In this document: one piece after another, positions 43,640-57,761 of the stretch | Numbering within the stretch: the stretch's first letter is position 1 | How the letters are laid out: the number at the start of each line of letters is the position of its first letter | The notes under the pieces: model-generated | Seen by the model: the letters and a program-made list of their open reading frames with translations, nothing else | What the model was told of the DNA's origin: nothing | The model's database searches: none | From: Octopus vulgaris | Taxonomy: Eukaryota | NCBI GenBank assembly: GCA_951406725.2 | Contig: OX597825.1 | Location: 23,126,001-23,190,000 of the forward strand | DNA length: 64,000 bases | Reading direction: 5' to 3' | Program-made: the position numbers and the translations under genes

Positions 43640-44171
43640 TAAGTCCTCGAGTATAATCCGCATTTTTACCGAAAATTTAAAGGTCGAAATCCCTAGTGCG
43701 TAATAAATACGAGGTTAAAAATTTAAGATATTTTCTAAGCTATGTCTGAGTCTCTATTTGCTCTCCGGAAATGTTTATTCACACGCATTTTGTGATGTCG
43801 GGCGCGAAAATACCTTAAGCTAAGCCTGAAAGCAATGAAGTCATAAAAGAATCATCCATAACTTACAGTAAGCAACATTTATAAAAATAAAAGTATTCAG
43901 AACACTGAATAACATGTAACAAAAACAATTTGAAAACATATAAACATTCCCATATAACAGTTAAGAACATCACTATTATTGTATTACGCGTGCGCGGAAG
44001 TGTTTGTTCGACTATGTGCTGCTGGCTTAAATACGTCCGACTCAAGTTATAGAAGGGTTGCGCATTATACACAAGCTTTGGGGTTTTTAGAGGTTTGTTA
44101 GAGGTTTTTTACAGCCCCCTAAAAATCCCCTGCGTATTATACTCAAGGGCAGACTATACTCGAGGATTTAC

Positions 44172-44173
<2 letters not shown>
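43637..44173. mobile_element. Tc1/mariner-pogo-type non-autonomous element in (TA)n
   Basis: TIRs CGTAAGTCCTCGAGTATA / TATACTCGAGGATTTACG with subterminal repeats. Confidence 0.85.
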
Positions 44174-44226
<53 letters not shown>

Positions 44227-44430
44227 CAAATATATAACAAAAACACTAGGACTTACAAGTATATATAGCATAGGGAAAATAACACTATTAGACACCGCAC
44301 TCATCCTACGTAAGACATTTTCAATATAGTGAAAATAAAAGCACCACAACAAACCACAGCACATACCCAAGGTATACAGAGCTGCGTTCAGTAGAGAAAG
44401 CACCTGATAAAAATAAGACTACTGAATAAC

Positions 44431-44466
<36 letters not shown>

Positions 44467-44467
<1 letters not shown>

Positions 44468-44917
44468 GTATAAAAGATGGGCTACACCAAATATTCTGCT
44501 CAGATGTTTTTCAATTGTTTAACCTTAACCGGTTGAGTATGTCCCTTAGTTGCTGACGATATGTGCATCTCTGATCATGAGCAGAAGTAGTGGGGGAGCA
44601 TCATAGCCATGTGTTGAGAGGAATTCTTTGGAGGTTAGATAATTCGCTTCTGGAAACATAGGTGTTTTGTTTAAGATCCTTAAACCACCCTTATTCAGAG
44701 ACCTTTTGAGTAGGATGAGCTAATCGACAAGAAGAAAATTCTACCTGGGCCCCACCTGCAAGGTCATGTGCTGTTTATCTTGATATGTGTCAGGCACATA
44801 TGGTTGTGATGCATATGCCTAGTGTACCCTTATCAGAAGAGGAGTCATGATGTGTAAACTGGGCTTCGTATATTTTACCCCAGTGTCACTGTAATGGCAT
44901 GCACTGCTCTCACACTC
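44467..44917. mobile_element. Unclassified ~450-bp insert within a (TAA)n tract
   Basis: Complex sequence bounded by (AAT)n on both sides; no ORF. Confidence 0.4.
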
Positions 44918-44936
44918 AATAATAATAATAATCATA

Positions 44937-44978
<42 letters not shown>

Positions 44979-45306
44979 GTTATGATGATGATGGTGATGA
45001 TGATAATAATAATAATGGTTTCACACATACACAGAATATACGTTTTGTTGAAGAGAAGATATTATTATTCCTCAGTTCCTGACCCATACATACCGTATCT
45101 CCCCCGGAAGGGTGAAAAATTAAATGGTCTCTATTAGTATTTGTTGTTAGAATTGAAAGAACATGATTAAATACCATAAAGGACCGGAACTGAACGCCGA
45201 TTCCGCAATCATTGATGCCTGGGTTAGCGACAAATCTTCAACAATTATCACGATCATTTTCTTTATATCCAACATAAAGTTTACTCTTATATATAATAAA
45301 ATAAAA

Positions 45307-45407
45307 TGATGATGATGATGATAATAATAATAATAACAATAACAATAATGATGATGATGATAATAATAATAATAATAATAATAATAATTGTAATAATAAT
45401 AATAATA

Positions 45408-45445
<38 letters not shown>

Positions 45446-45505
45446 GTAATAACAATAATAATAGTAATAACAATAATAATAGTAATAACAATAGTAATAA
45501 TAATA

Positions 45506-45547
<42 letters not shown>

Positions 45548-45587
45548 GTAATAACAATAATAATAGTAATAGTAATCATAATAATAA

Positions 45588-45618
<31 letters not shown>

Positions 45619-45741
45619 AAGAAGAAGAAGAAGAAGAAGAAGAAGAAGAAGAAGAAGAAGAAGAAGAAGAAGAAGAAGAAGAAAAAGAAGAAGAAGAAGA
45701 AGAAGAAGAAGAAGAAGAAGAAGAAGAAGAAGAAGAAGAAG
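45307..45741. repeat. Compound (TAA)n and (GAA)n microsatellite
   Basis: Direct. Confidence 0.95.
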
Positions 45742-46421
45742 ACTTTCCTTGCGACCAATGTTATATAATTATGTTCCTGCATTATTTTAGATGGTTTCCG
45801 TTAGTTTTCTTCACTGTTATCACAAAGAGAAAACCAAAGATATCGTCAAAAAATTTTCATTAAATACACAGAACTAAATCAATTTATCGTTTCGTTAGTA
45901 TTACTTTGACACGTAATACGTTCGTGTTCTATCTGATTTATTGGCATTGATGTTATGCCTGCTTCTCTGTGATAGAAACAAATTGGAATCTTAGAAACTA
46001 TGAGTACAGCTATTTATAGAAGCCATGGAAGTGAAGGCAATCTTTTGCACTTAACTTTTTCAATGGTTTGGTTATATTTAGCGAACAGAAGCACATCGAT
46101 TGTCAAATTACTTTCTTCGTGGGGAAATAACGTTTGTAGCATGCAAATTTAGATTTTTTGGTGGTTCTCATTTATGATTTTCTGCTTCATAATTTTTCTA
46201 TACATTGACATGTCATATTCCAGCTATCTACACATGGAGAAGAAACAATTTATATATACTATATACATATATGTGTGTGTGTTTACACACATACACGCAC
46301 AAACACACATACAGACATACACACACATACACACGTAAAACTATCATTATTATTACTATCATTTTTATACTTTCTAAACTTCCCTTTCTTCGCTCTCCTG
46401 CGTGACTCTTCTGTCCGGCAG

Positions 46422-46596
46422 TCGCCATGATAGATCGGTATCCACTACAGACATTATTTCTCTCCTTGATTCTTTCAGTGTTCCATTCTGTGGAAGAGCG
46501 TAGGCTCGAAACGTAAAAGACTTTTTCAATTCCCGAGCGTTTGTTCGTTTTCTAAAACCACATGTCTTCGACTTTTGTTTTTTTATGAATTCTCCC
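46422..46596 (+). mobile_element. HHR element family H1, copy
   Basis: tcgccatgatagatcggta...CTGTGGA-A-GAGC-GTAG-GCTC-GAAA-CG-TA-AAAG (46484-46519)...gaattctccc(TA)n. Confidence 0.75.
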
Positions 46597-46604
46597 TATA
46601 TATA

Positions 46605-46640
<36 letters not shown>

Positions 46641-46680
46641 TATATATATTTATCAAAAAACATGATGCAAAGGATTTAAT

Positions 46681-46763
46681 GGTACATATGTTTCGGGCCT
46701 TTATTAGACGGTTTATAACAATGCATAATTGATGTAAATGTGTGTCTATAGCCTTCTTCAGCC
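46681..46763 (-). ncRNA. Type I HHR with canonical core and long stem II
   Basis: Minus GG-CTGAAGA-AGGCT..TAGAC...GTCTA..GGCCC-GAAAC-ATAT-GTA-CC, in a ~140-bp insert between two (TA)n tracts. Confidence 0.65.
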
Positions 46764-47094
46764 GCGTACAGTTACTACTTCAAGGACATGTATATATATA
46801 TATATATATATATATAACAGTTTACCATTCAGCTGAAAGATCGTTGGTCAACCGAATGTTTCTAAATAACTGTGATGTCACTATCAACTTTCTTCTCGTA
46901 AAAATGTGTGCATGTGTGTGTGTGTGTCTGTCTGTCTGTCTGTGTGTGTGTGTCTGTCTGTCTGTGTGCATGTGTGTGTTTGGTCTGTATGTGTGTATGT
47001 GTGTCTGTGCGTGTGTGTGTCTGTATCTGTGTCTGTGTCTGTGTGTGTGTGTGTGTATCTGTGTGTGTGTGTGTGTGTCTGTGTGTCTGTGTGT

Positions 47095-47153
<59 letters not shown>

Positions 47154-47479
47154 TGCGTTCGTGTTCGAAAGCATGTTTTCAAAATGGTGGCTGTTCTGGT
47201 TCAGGTACTGCTGATAACGCGTACCAATAGAACCACAAACATTAAACAAAAACCGCTCAGTATTAGTGCGCATTCTCGTTCAAAAGCTGCCATTGGTTTT
47301 TTGGACTTTTACCAGTTTTGTACCATGAACTTAATCTTTTAAGTATTTCCACTAAAAGAGGATAGTGGTGTGAGATCCAGTGAACGTAAAGAGATGGGCT
47401 GAAAAGTTCATAGGCTGACTATGAGTTAGTGATGCTAGCGCTGTGAAATCTAACCCTGCTTGAGTGCTGGGTTTGTCAT

Positions 47480-48100
47480 TTTGAGCCAGAGACGAAAAGA
47501 CAATCCATTCGGTGGAAACACCCCTTTCCACTTGCTCCAAGGTAGGCCAAGGTCATTTCAACTCCAGGGCAATTTGATGGCCTCAATTTTGGGGTTACAA
47601 AAGACATTGTGTTTATTGATTATCCTCAGAATTGCCACACCACCAACTTTTTCTTGTTTTTGTAAAATCTCAGAAAATAATAAAAAATTCACATTTTTTA
47701 TGCCAACTTACTGAGGCAGTTACAAGAGGCTATTAAGACCAAAAGCCCAGGAAAACTGATGAAAGAGATCTTGTTTCATCTGGACAATGCTCCAAGACAC
47801 AAATCCTTGGTTTCAATGTGTGTTGTGCGTGATTGTGGCTTTGAACTGGTTGGTCACCCTCCTTTTTCTCCTGCTTTGTACTCACCTGACTATCATTTGT
47901 TCTCCAACATGAACAAAAGCACTTGGCTGGGATCCAGTATCGCAGTGACGATGACGTCATATCTGCTGCTGATGACGACTTTTGTGACCAACATATTGAA
48001 CGCTTCTTCACCAATGGGGTCCAAAACCTACAACACTGATGGAAGAATTGTGCAGACCGTAAGGCAAGTTATGTTTTAAAAAATAAACCACATTTGATCA
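47480..48100 (+). pseudogene. Mariner transposase catalytic-domain remnant
   Basis: ETKRQS..WKH; ILFHLDNAPRH...FELVGHPPFSPAL.SPDYHLF; frameshifted. Confidence 0.85.
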
Positions 48101-48321
48101 CAATTTATGAAAGTATCTTGAAAAGCCAAACCAGGGACTCACTACCCGAGCCAGTATACAAACAGACATACACACACACATATGAATAAATATATGTTTG
48201 TTTGTGTATGTATATGTGTATGCATATATGTGTATGTATGTATGTAAGTATGTATGCATGTATATATGTATATCTAGGCATGTCATTGTTCAGTTTTATT
48301 TCAAGATTTCTTGCCAATAGA

Positions 48322-48368
48322 TTAAGGGCCGGTTTCTAACCTACGTCCAAAGCACCTTCATTAGAATT
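48322..48368 (-). ncRNA. Degenerate HHR-like motif in a microsatellite-flanked insert
   Basis: Minus CTAATGA-AGG...TAGGTTA-GAAA-CCGG; G5 and cleavage site altered. Confidence 0.35.
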
Positions 48369-48921
48369 TCAACATCAACAACGGGATATTTTGGGCTGTA
48401 TATTTTTGTATGTATGTATGTATGTATGTATGTATGTATGTATGTATGCAATGTATGTATGCAATGTATGTATGTAATGTATATATGTATGTATGTATGT
48501 ACCTACGTACGTATGTATGTATATATGTGTGTATGTTTGCATGAGTCGACTGATGAGATCCAGAGATTCTTAGGATAGAAAACACTAATTAGCGCTCAAA
48601 TGATTTGAACTTACACTCGGAAACCTTTACTAAGGACCAAGTCCGTTGAGTAAAGAGTGGCTATAAGAGGAATCCAGGTGAGCAGATATAGAGATAATAG
48701 TACGAATAAACACCTTAAACTGTTTGAGTTAAATAAGCCAAATATATATTCATGTATAAATGCAAATAGAGAGAAAAGACTGAAGATTTTCAGACGATGA
48801 ATTTTCAAGTATAAATATATTTATTTGCTCTGTTGATGTATAAATATCAATAAATTTATACTTTAAAATTTATTGTTTGAAAAGCTTTAGTTTTTGCTTT
48901 CTATCTATGTACATGCACATA

Positions 48922-48979
<58 letters not shown>

Positions 48980-49066
48980 TATATGTATGTATGTATGTAT
49001 GTATATTTTATATATCTTATATATCTAACCGAAGCAGTTTTATTTGTTTATTTATATCGTTACTTC

Positions 49067-49098
<32 letters not shown>

Positions 49099-50468
49099 TG
49101 TATGTATGTATGTATGTATGTATGTATCTATGTATGTATGTTTGCATGTATGTATGTATGTACAAAAATATAGTGACCTATGGTAGCTATGCATGACAGC
49201 AAGTGTAAACGATGTTATGAATTTATTTTGTTTACTGCGATTATGACAGTATATATTTAGATGATAAATATGAACCAGAAGGAAGAGGGGAGAGGGAAGA
49301 GGAAAAAGAGGAGGAGGAGTGTGCTTCTGTACTGTAGTGTTTCTATATACATAATTGTATAATGTGTTACAATGCAGAAGCGTAAATAGTAGAGCATCGC
49401 CGAGAGAAAATATCTAGAGTTCATCTAATAAATTGATTTTGTTGAAAAGACACTTTCTCTGTTGATGTTTAGTACAAACTAAAGGAAGTCATCCAAAAAT
49501 AATGCTGCAGCCCAATTGACTAACTTTGGCGGTGATAAACTTGTATTATTTAAGATTTCCTCTGTTGTATATAAGGTGTTTTATATTAAAAATTGTTCAA
49601 GCTTGCAAAACTTGCCTGAATATCTGTTCAAAATATGTTTGAAAAATGCAGTTTAGGGAACAGTATCAATAAAAATCTGAAGAATATGAGTTTAAGTATT
49701 ACAAGTTCTGGATTTGATAAATTTGTTACGTCATAACCTTTCATTCGTTTCTGAGAAAAAAAAATCAATCGAAAATCATGGTTCAAATTATAAAAGCTCT
49801 TAACAAATGTTTTAGCGACTTGTTAGCACAAAATATTGAAGAGATAAAATGACAGTTACAAATGTATTTTATATCTAACCTAGTGTAATGGCCATCATTG
49901 AGTTGCTACAGAGAACGATAGAATGACTTTGTTCCGTGAGCAACAAGATATAAAGCATAAAAGATGATGAATGACGGAACCTATAAATAACGCTTGCTTT
50001 CTGAACAACAAAGCCAATTTTCATGGAAATGAGACATTATTGATTGATTCGACCCCAAGACAAAATTAATTAAAAGAAAATCAATTCAGTATGAACTTTG
50101 AAGTGAGGAAATTATTGAAAGCTTTTCGTCGTCGTCTAAATGATACAGTAGCAAATTTGTAATGGCTCCCACAATTCAGGTTAATGTTCTTTTAAACAAA
50201 TTTACTATTTAAACCTTTCTTTCTTCAACAACAATATTATTCTCTCGCCAATGAGCCGCTATTTTCTCAACCGGTTTGATAGAAACACCAAATCTTTTTC
50301 AGCCGTTTTAAAAATTTGTCTTACTAGATAATGTTGTCAATTCTTGAAAGAAAAGGTGATGCTCAGAGATCGAATGTCATTGATTATAAACCTATTCGAT
50401 CAGAGTTGACCTGAAAATTAAGCAACCACATACACCAAAGTGTTGCTCTGTACAACGAAGGTATATCT

Positions 50469-51062
50469 TATTTCTTTATTGCCCACAAGGGGCTAAACAT
50501 AGAAGGGACAAACAAGGACAGACAAATGATTAAGTCGATTACATCGACCCCTGTGCGTAACTGGTCCATAATTTATCGACCCCGGAAGGATGAAAGGCAA
50601 AGTCGGACTCGGCGGAATTTGAACTCAGAACGTAACCGGCAGACGAAATACCTATTTTTTTTTTACTACCCACAAGGGGCTAAACACAGAGAGGACATAC
50701 AAGGACAGATTAAGTTGATTATATCGACCTAAGTGCATAACTGGTACTTATTTAATCGACCCCGAAAGGATGAAAGGCAAAGTCGATCTCGGCGGAATTT
50801 GAACTCAGAATCTAAAGACAGACGAAATACCTATTTCTTTATTACCCACAAGGGGCTAAACATAGAGGGGACAAGCAAGGACAGACAAACGAATTAAGTC
50901 GATTACATCGACCCCAGTGGGTAACTGATACTTAATTTATCGACCCCGAGAGGATGAAAGGCAAAGTCGACCTCGGCGGAATTTGAAATCACAACGTAAC
51001 GGCAGACGAAATACCGCTATGCATTTCGCCCGGTGTGCTAACGTTTCTGCCAGCACGCCGCC
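50469..51062 (-). mobile_element. SINE family B trimer
   Basis: Junctions at ~50650 and ~50830; single flanking duplication aacgaaggt(a/g)tatct. Confidence 0.92.
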
Positions 51063-51904
51063 AACGAAGGTGTATCTGCAGCATCGATCAAGTTAACAGA
51101 ATTAAATTTTCCTCGGAAGATACTTTATCGTCTCAAAACAGGAAGGATAATAGAGGAATACATACACTGTCAAAACAAATTGACCACAACAAGTAAGATT
51201 CGATGACACATCAGCTCGATCGTAGATCATCTGGTGTTGAAAAGTATCAATATATTTTTTTTAATGTAAATAATCTAAATACACGTATACACACAATTAT
51301 ATACGAGTGGACACGTGCGAGTGTACGTTGTGTGTTGTATGTATGTGTATGGACAGTATCACTTATATAACAATGATGATTTGTGAAATTTGATCGTATG
51401 AGATTAACCAAGCAATTAATGGATAACATTAAGCATCTGTACAAGTGCTGTTTATACAGCATAAATTAATTAATAAAGCAAGCCATACAGTACGTATTTG
51501 TACGAATCAATTAATTTCTTTCGCTTTCCATCATAAATCTACTACGTTTTGTAAATGTAGGTCAGCTTATCCTCGGTTAACACTAAACATTCAAGGCACG
51601 CGCTCAAGAACCCATGGATATTTATATTATTCCTTTCTTACCCTATTCCTTTCTTACCCTATTCTTTTCTTACCCTATTCCTTTGGAACTTTATGCACAC
51701 CAAGTATTTAAAAGCAATTTTAAAATATTTAGAATGCTGTCATAAAACAGGCATTTCTGTCCATTTCTTCTTTCAATTACCCTCCCTTTTTAGGCAGTCG
51801 CTCAATTCTGCCCCTAGACATTCTTTTATTCTTTATTTATAACAAATACCTCCACATTTTTAGAGCAGACAGTCAGTCATTTCAATTAGCAAAATATTTC
51901 CTAT

Positions 51905-52089
51905 GTTCTATATTTAAGAGATGAGGAATTATGTACATCATTTACATCGTTTACAATTGACGGATATTTGTCCTCATCTTGTTTTGTTGTTAACACGTTT
52001 CGGCTTATATATCCTCCAGCCTTCATCAGGTGTCTTGGGGAAATTTCGAACCTGGGTTCTCATTCCTAAGGTATTTTTCGATGTTGTTG

Positions 52090-52128
<39 letters not shown>

Positions 52129-52270
52129 TCACTGCCTGGAATCGAACTCGGAATCTTGAGGTTAGTAGCCCGCGCTCTTAACCACAACGCCACGGGCATA
52201 TGGCGTAGTAGTTAAGAGCACGGGCTACTAAACCCATGATTTCGAGTTCAATTCCAGGTAGTGACCTGAA
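51905..52270 (-). mobile_element. tRNA-headed, HHR-bearing SINE-like element with inverted head duplication
   Basis: tRNA-like arms 52123-52192 (-) and 52194-52270 (+); (TAA)n spacer; HHR-like motif at 51992-52034 (-). Confidence 0.65.
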
Positions 52271-52310
52271 TAATAATAATACCAGATATACCTGAATAAT
52301 GCCAGATATA

Positions 52311-52367
<57 letters not shown>

Positions 52368-52624
52368 CAGATACCAAATTATCTATATTTTTATGTATAT
52401 TTGGTTTTATTCTTTGTACTCTTAGAAAATCTTTACTCCTGTACATACATGATTTATGTTGATGTGTATAAATATATATGTTTCAATTACATTGATTGAA
52501 TATCTTCATTTATGCATTTGAGAATTTGTTTGACTGCCTAGGATTTGCGTTTCCAATTCCCTCTACTTGGTATTTCTACAAGCGCTCCGTAAATAGCCCA
52601 TACTTTCTATAGCATACTTAATAT

Positions 52625-52671
<47 letters not shown>

Positions 52672-52689
52672 AGAGAGAGAGGGGGAGAG

Positions 52690-52861
52690 AGAATTCACGA
52701 AAAAAACAAAAGACGAACACAGGTGGTGTAGAAAACAAACAGATGTATTAGTATAACGCTCGCGAATTGAAAAAGTCGTTAACGTTTCAAGCCTACGTTC
52801 TTCCAAAGAAAGCAACAAGGAGAGAAAAATGTGTGTAGTTGCTACCGATCTATCATGGCGA
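52690..52861 (-). mobile_element. HHR element family H1, copy
   Basis: Reverse complement of 46422-46596; HHR at 52777-52812 decayed; 3' end abuts (TC)n(TA)n. Confidence 0.75.
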
Positions 52862-52886
52862 ATATATATATATATAAGTATGTATG

Positions 52887-53160
52887 TACAAGGTGCTTTC
52901 GAAAACTATCCGTCTGTATTTTTTCCTCGCCAACACAAATGGTATGTGGTCAAAATCCTTTGGTTGGGAAGTGGTATCACTCTTTTTGCGCATGCTTGAA
53001 AATTTTCGCGCCGATAGGTCACGTCCGTTTCCAGACGCATAGAGTATATAGTGGTACACCTAGGGTACAGACGTGTAGTACGCACACGTTGAAAATTTGT
53101 TTTCATGCAAGGTGACCGAAAATGTCGAAGAGAAGTATTGCATCACGTTTTGCCAAAAGT
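52887..53160 (+). mobile_element. Mariner-like 5' end
   Basis: TA-CAAGGTG..GAAAACTATCCG terminus; EKYCITFCQK resembles mariner N-termini. Confidence 0.5.
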
Positions 53161-53345
53161 CTAAGAACTGAACCCGCGATCTAGCGATCGTGAGCGTAAC
53201 ACCCGAACCGCTAGGCCATGCACCCTTACATGTATATACATGTCGTGAGAACGAGAGACAAGGAGATTCATTAAAAACAACACAAAAATGTTCGAATAAA
53301 ATGTTCCATTCTGATTGGACAGTATAGAGAAACTACCACATACTT

Positions 53346-54158
53346 GTACATTGGAAGACGCGAGCAAAAGAAATAATATTCTTAAGATTATAAACATGGA
53401 AAATTACAGTACAAGTAATTACACTTGAAAAAGTTTAGGATACCTTATTACACCTGGTAAAGTACAAAACAAGAATTTTTTGTTACTTAAATTATTACAG
53501 CTAAGGATAAGATTTCAATATTTAGACTTTTATTAAAACTAAAAATTTTATTACAAGTTACTTACTTCTATTTGTTATTACTTGTTACTTCTATTAAAAA
53601 TAAAAATAACTCAATCAAGATATTTTTTGCACTTTAAAAAATTCATTTTTTTAAGTAATAATTAATAATTAGAAATTTTGGAAATAGATTATAAAAATAA
53701 TAGTAGTACATAATTAGTACAATAAATAGAATAAAAGAAAAATTAGTTATATATTACAGTAAAATCTACTTACAACAACAAATTCACAGTAAAATTTGCT
53801 TGAGTTATTACCTAAGTTATTGCCAAGTCTTCATATTTTTAGTCTTGACCCAATGCCTATATTTTATATAATGAATTTGCCTACCATATATACTATTCTG
53901 CTTTGCATAGAACTTTAGCTATACTGGTATAAAATGATGGTACCTTTTAAAATTATAATGTTAATTTATAAATTAAAATCAATTTTTAATAATCAAATTT
54001 TATCCTTAGCTGCAATATTTCAAGTAAAAAAAATTATTCTGTATTTACCAGATGTAATAAGGTGTCCTGCACTTTTCCAAGGGTAATAGCTTGTCCTGTA
54101 GTTTTCCAGGTTTATAATCTTAAGAATATTATTTCTCTTACTAGCATTTTTCCATGTA
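53346..54158. mobile_element. AT-rich MITE with ~165-bp imperfect TIRs
   Basis: 53346-53511 is reverse complement of ~53997-54158 (aataatattcttaagattataaac; ttattacacctggtaaa; cagctaaggataa). Confidence 0.75.
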
Positions 54159-55003
54159 ATCCATGTTTTTCCCAAGCTATGCTATTATGCTAATTAATAA
54201 TGTGTGAAATGTGTCAATTAGCGGTGTCATTGATAATGTTTTCCTTACTTCAATAATGCCGGTGACATTTATTAAAAGTCTCCTTACAGAACAATATTCA
54301 TAAAAAAAGTTTAGAACTATATTATCACCCTTAAATTTGAGAAACAAACACCCATACCTTTTTTTCTTTTAAAACTTCATTGCATGAGATTGATACCATG
54401 AAATTCCTCGAATTGAGCTCTGTTACTGAAGCTTAATTAAAATATAGTTTGTTTTGAAAATTAAAAGAAATTAATTATATTTAAATGCAATTTTTAGCCT
54501 TATATTTTTCATGATATTTTACCTCACAAATTTTTTAATACAATTTTTTGTTGCATGGCAATAAAACTATGAAACTCTTCATGCTTTGTTCTATCATTGA
54601 AGCTAAGATAAATATATTTTGCTTTTACAATGAAAATGTTATTTACATATAAATTTGATTAGTGGCGTTACTTACTTTCCTATAACGTTGCTACAAATGT
54701 TGATATAAACATTTATCTACTGGACCAAATCTCAATTTCTTATGCAAAAATGTATCTAGGGACCTAGGGACGAGTCCTCTTCAAAACTATTAACAGTTTT
54801 CAATTTCGTTAAGAACTGAATAAGCAAATAGATCTGAAAACTGCTGCGTATGAATAAATTGTGACTTTAAGAATATTATTCAACTACTACTGTAGTTAAA
54901 TGATTTTGAGTGTGAACCTTGAGGTGTATAATGCACTTTTGTATAAAAAATATTAGAAAATGTTTCTCTAGCTGATGAAAGAATATCTGTATTTTGAAAT
55001 GTG

Positions 55004-55053
<50 letters not shown>

Positions 55054-55278
55054 ATAATTCTGTAAAAATATATTCCCATAATCCATAATATAATTTTATT
55101 AATTTATCTGTTTTTCATATATTAGATTTGTATTTTTGTAAATATACATACATATTTATATGTATGTATGTATCTAACATTATATTATATTATGTGAAGA
55201 TAGATATATGTATATATATGCATATATATATTACACATATACATATATGTAATATATAGACATAGATATAACAAACTG

Positions 55279-55318
<40 letters not shown>

Positions 55319-55495
55319 CATATATATAATACATATATACATATATGTAAATATATATTATAAACGTACATATACACATATATGTGAGTGTGTATAATAT
55401 ATATTATATATATATATATAAATACATATATATGTATATATATAAATACATACATATATATACGTTGACAGACATGTATGATGAATACATGCACG

Positions 55496-55527
<32 letters not shown>

Positions 55528-56639
55528 TGTATGTATGTATGTACGTACGCATGCATGTATGAATGTTTTCTTTGAAATGCATTTAGATTCTTCATAAAGT
55601 TCAAAACGCTTACGTAGAGAAATGTTTTTGATTTAAGATGCCTCTCGGGTTTCAAAAATATATGGTTGATCTACAGTATGCATAAATATAGGTGTTTGAA
55701 TTTGCACTTACGTTCTGTGTGAACCTGTTGCTTTAGTACCTAGGTGTGTGTATATGTGTATACGTTTGTGTGTGTGTGTGTGTGTGTCTGTCTGTGCGTT
55801 TGTATGCATCATGCTTCTTACATGTTTTATTAGTGCGCACAACCAAATGTCTGTATGTATTCATTTAGCGAGGCTAAGATGGCAAATTTTTGGCATATCT
55901 TACGAATATTTTAGCGTACTGTAAATAAATCGGACATGAAGGATACACGTCAGTGTCTTTTTCACTCCTCTAGTATTTGTAGCTTTTTTAATATTTTTTC
56001 TTTTAACAAATCCATGATTACATGGCCTAATAAACCTATGATGATAGATGTAAAAGAACATTTGCAGCCAGAGTACAGAGTGCAGAGGGAGAGGGAAAAG
56101 AAGTAAAAGGAAGGGAGGAAGAAAGGAAGGGAGGTAAACCACTATGTAATTTCCTAGCCAATGATGATGCATCTATGGATTCACCTGACCTACATATAAT
56201 AGCAACTATATTTTCTTCAATTACACCCTACTACCACCAAATTATAAAGGGTGAATTTGTATAATGCAGTCATCATTCTGATATATAATACAAGTCTTAT
56301 ATATGATAAACAAAGATAGATTTATAAATTTATACTATAAATTATAGGAATATATTTTTGCAGAATTATGTGTTTTTAGATTTATGTAGACAAACACGTT
56401 GGTTAGCATTATCAAATTTAACAGAGAACTGAAATACAAACCAAAAATACTCTATAATTATTTTTATTGTCGTGTTTATAGAAACTTTATGATAAACACA
56501 CTTTTAGAGTAAAACAATGTAGACATATGCATAGTATTCCTATTGTGATTTCACTCCCTGAGCACGTACATAAAAATTTAAGCAGTTTTATGGAGAATTT
56601 ATTAAAATTTTGCTACAGTATTTTTCGGGCAGAACAACT

Positions 56640-57260
56640 TGACTTCAGCAGTCCACACAGACGCCTTTCTTTTCGATCACTTGCCCTATTCGTTCGTTGT
56701 ACCGGACAAACATTTCACTATAACATCTTTTGGCTCATAAATTCCGTTTCCATAATTCTGTTTCATTTGTTACTTCTGGTCCGTCATACACGAGCTGTGC
56801 TAACATTTGCCATATAAGTCTAGACTTCTCGCCGGTCATTCCAGTACACTTATTTACATGTCTCGCATCTATTCCTTGACTGTTTTTAACACGTGACCGT
56901 TGAAAAATAAAATTGTCTCCCATTTCTTCTCTAATGCGGAACAAGGCTCCCGTTTGCAACAGCTGGATCTAACCCATGCTATTCTTCCTTCCTTTAAGCC
57001 AATCTAAGCAAAACATTTCCACTTGGAAAGACTATGTTCCATATCATTGCTACCCATCTGCCTCTTGTTCAGTATTCCTAGTCCATGTTTCCTGGACCAA
57101 GAACACCAGTCCATCGAATCTAAATTGCTTCTTCTCGGTAAAAATTACTTTCGTAAAACCAACACAAATAGCTGACCATAATTTTGCGCAGTCTAACTTT
57201 GCCTTCTTATGTTTTAAGTTCAAATGAATTTTCCTCTGAGCATTTCTGTACTTTCCATTT
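56640..57260 (-). pseudogene. Tc1-family transposase remnant
   Basis: Minus KVIFTEKKQFRFDG, MGDNFIFQ, IWQMLAQLVYDG, frameshifted. Confidence 0.75.
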
Positions 57261-57761
57261 CGATGTTACTTACTCAGAAAGAATTGGCATCATTTATAAC
57301 GACATCATTGCATTTATTATAGTATTGATATTGGTATCAGTTTAGTGGTCTATGTAATTTTCCAAATTCTACAGCATTCGAATCTTTACAAATGCATTTG
57401 CCATTATGTCGAACTAGAATTCTTTTCAATATTCTTAAACCACTTAATAGGATACAACTGAATTCCCATTATGTTAGGTTTATTGTGCGTGTCATTTTTG
57501 TGTTTACAAAATCTAAAATGTGTTTGCTAACTCTTCTATTTCACATTCTTTTGTCTGGTGGACGACTCAACACAGTAAATTGCTTGTAAAGTTGTCATTT
57601 TCTTGTCTTAATGATATTTCTGCTTATGTTCAGTTGTTCTACTTTAAATTCTATATTTTGAAGTATTGCTAGGGCGTTGTATGCACTATCGTGGATTATA
57701 ATCTATATATCTGAGCTTCTTTACTTCTGTATTTCGTTATATAATTTAACAATAAGTTAAC

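Noticed and set aside
52123-52270. Functional tRNA genes
   Set aside because: A and B boxes present, but acceptor stems are poor and TAA tails follow; treated as SINE heads, as are family A-C heads
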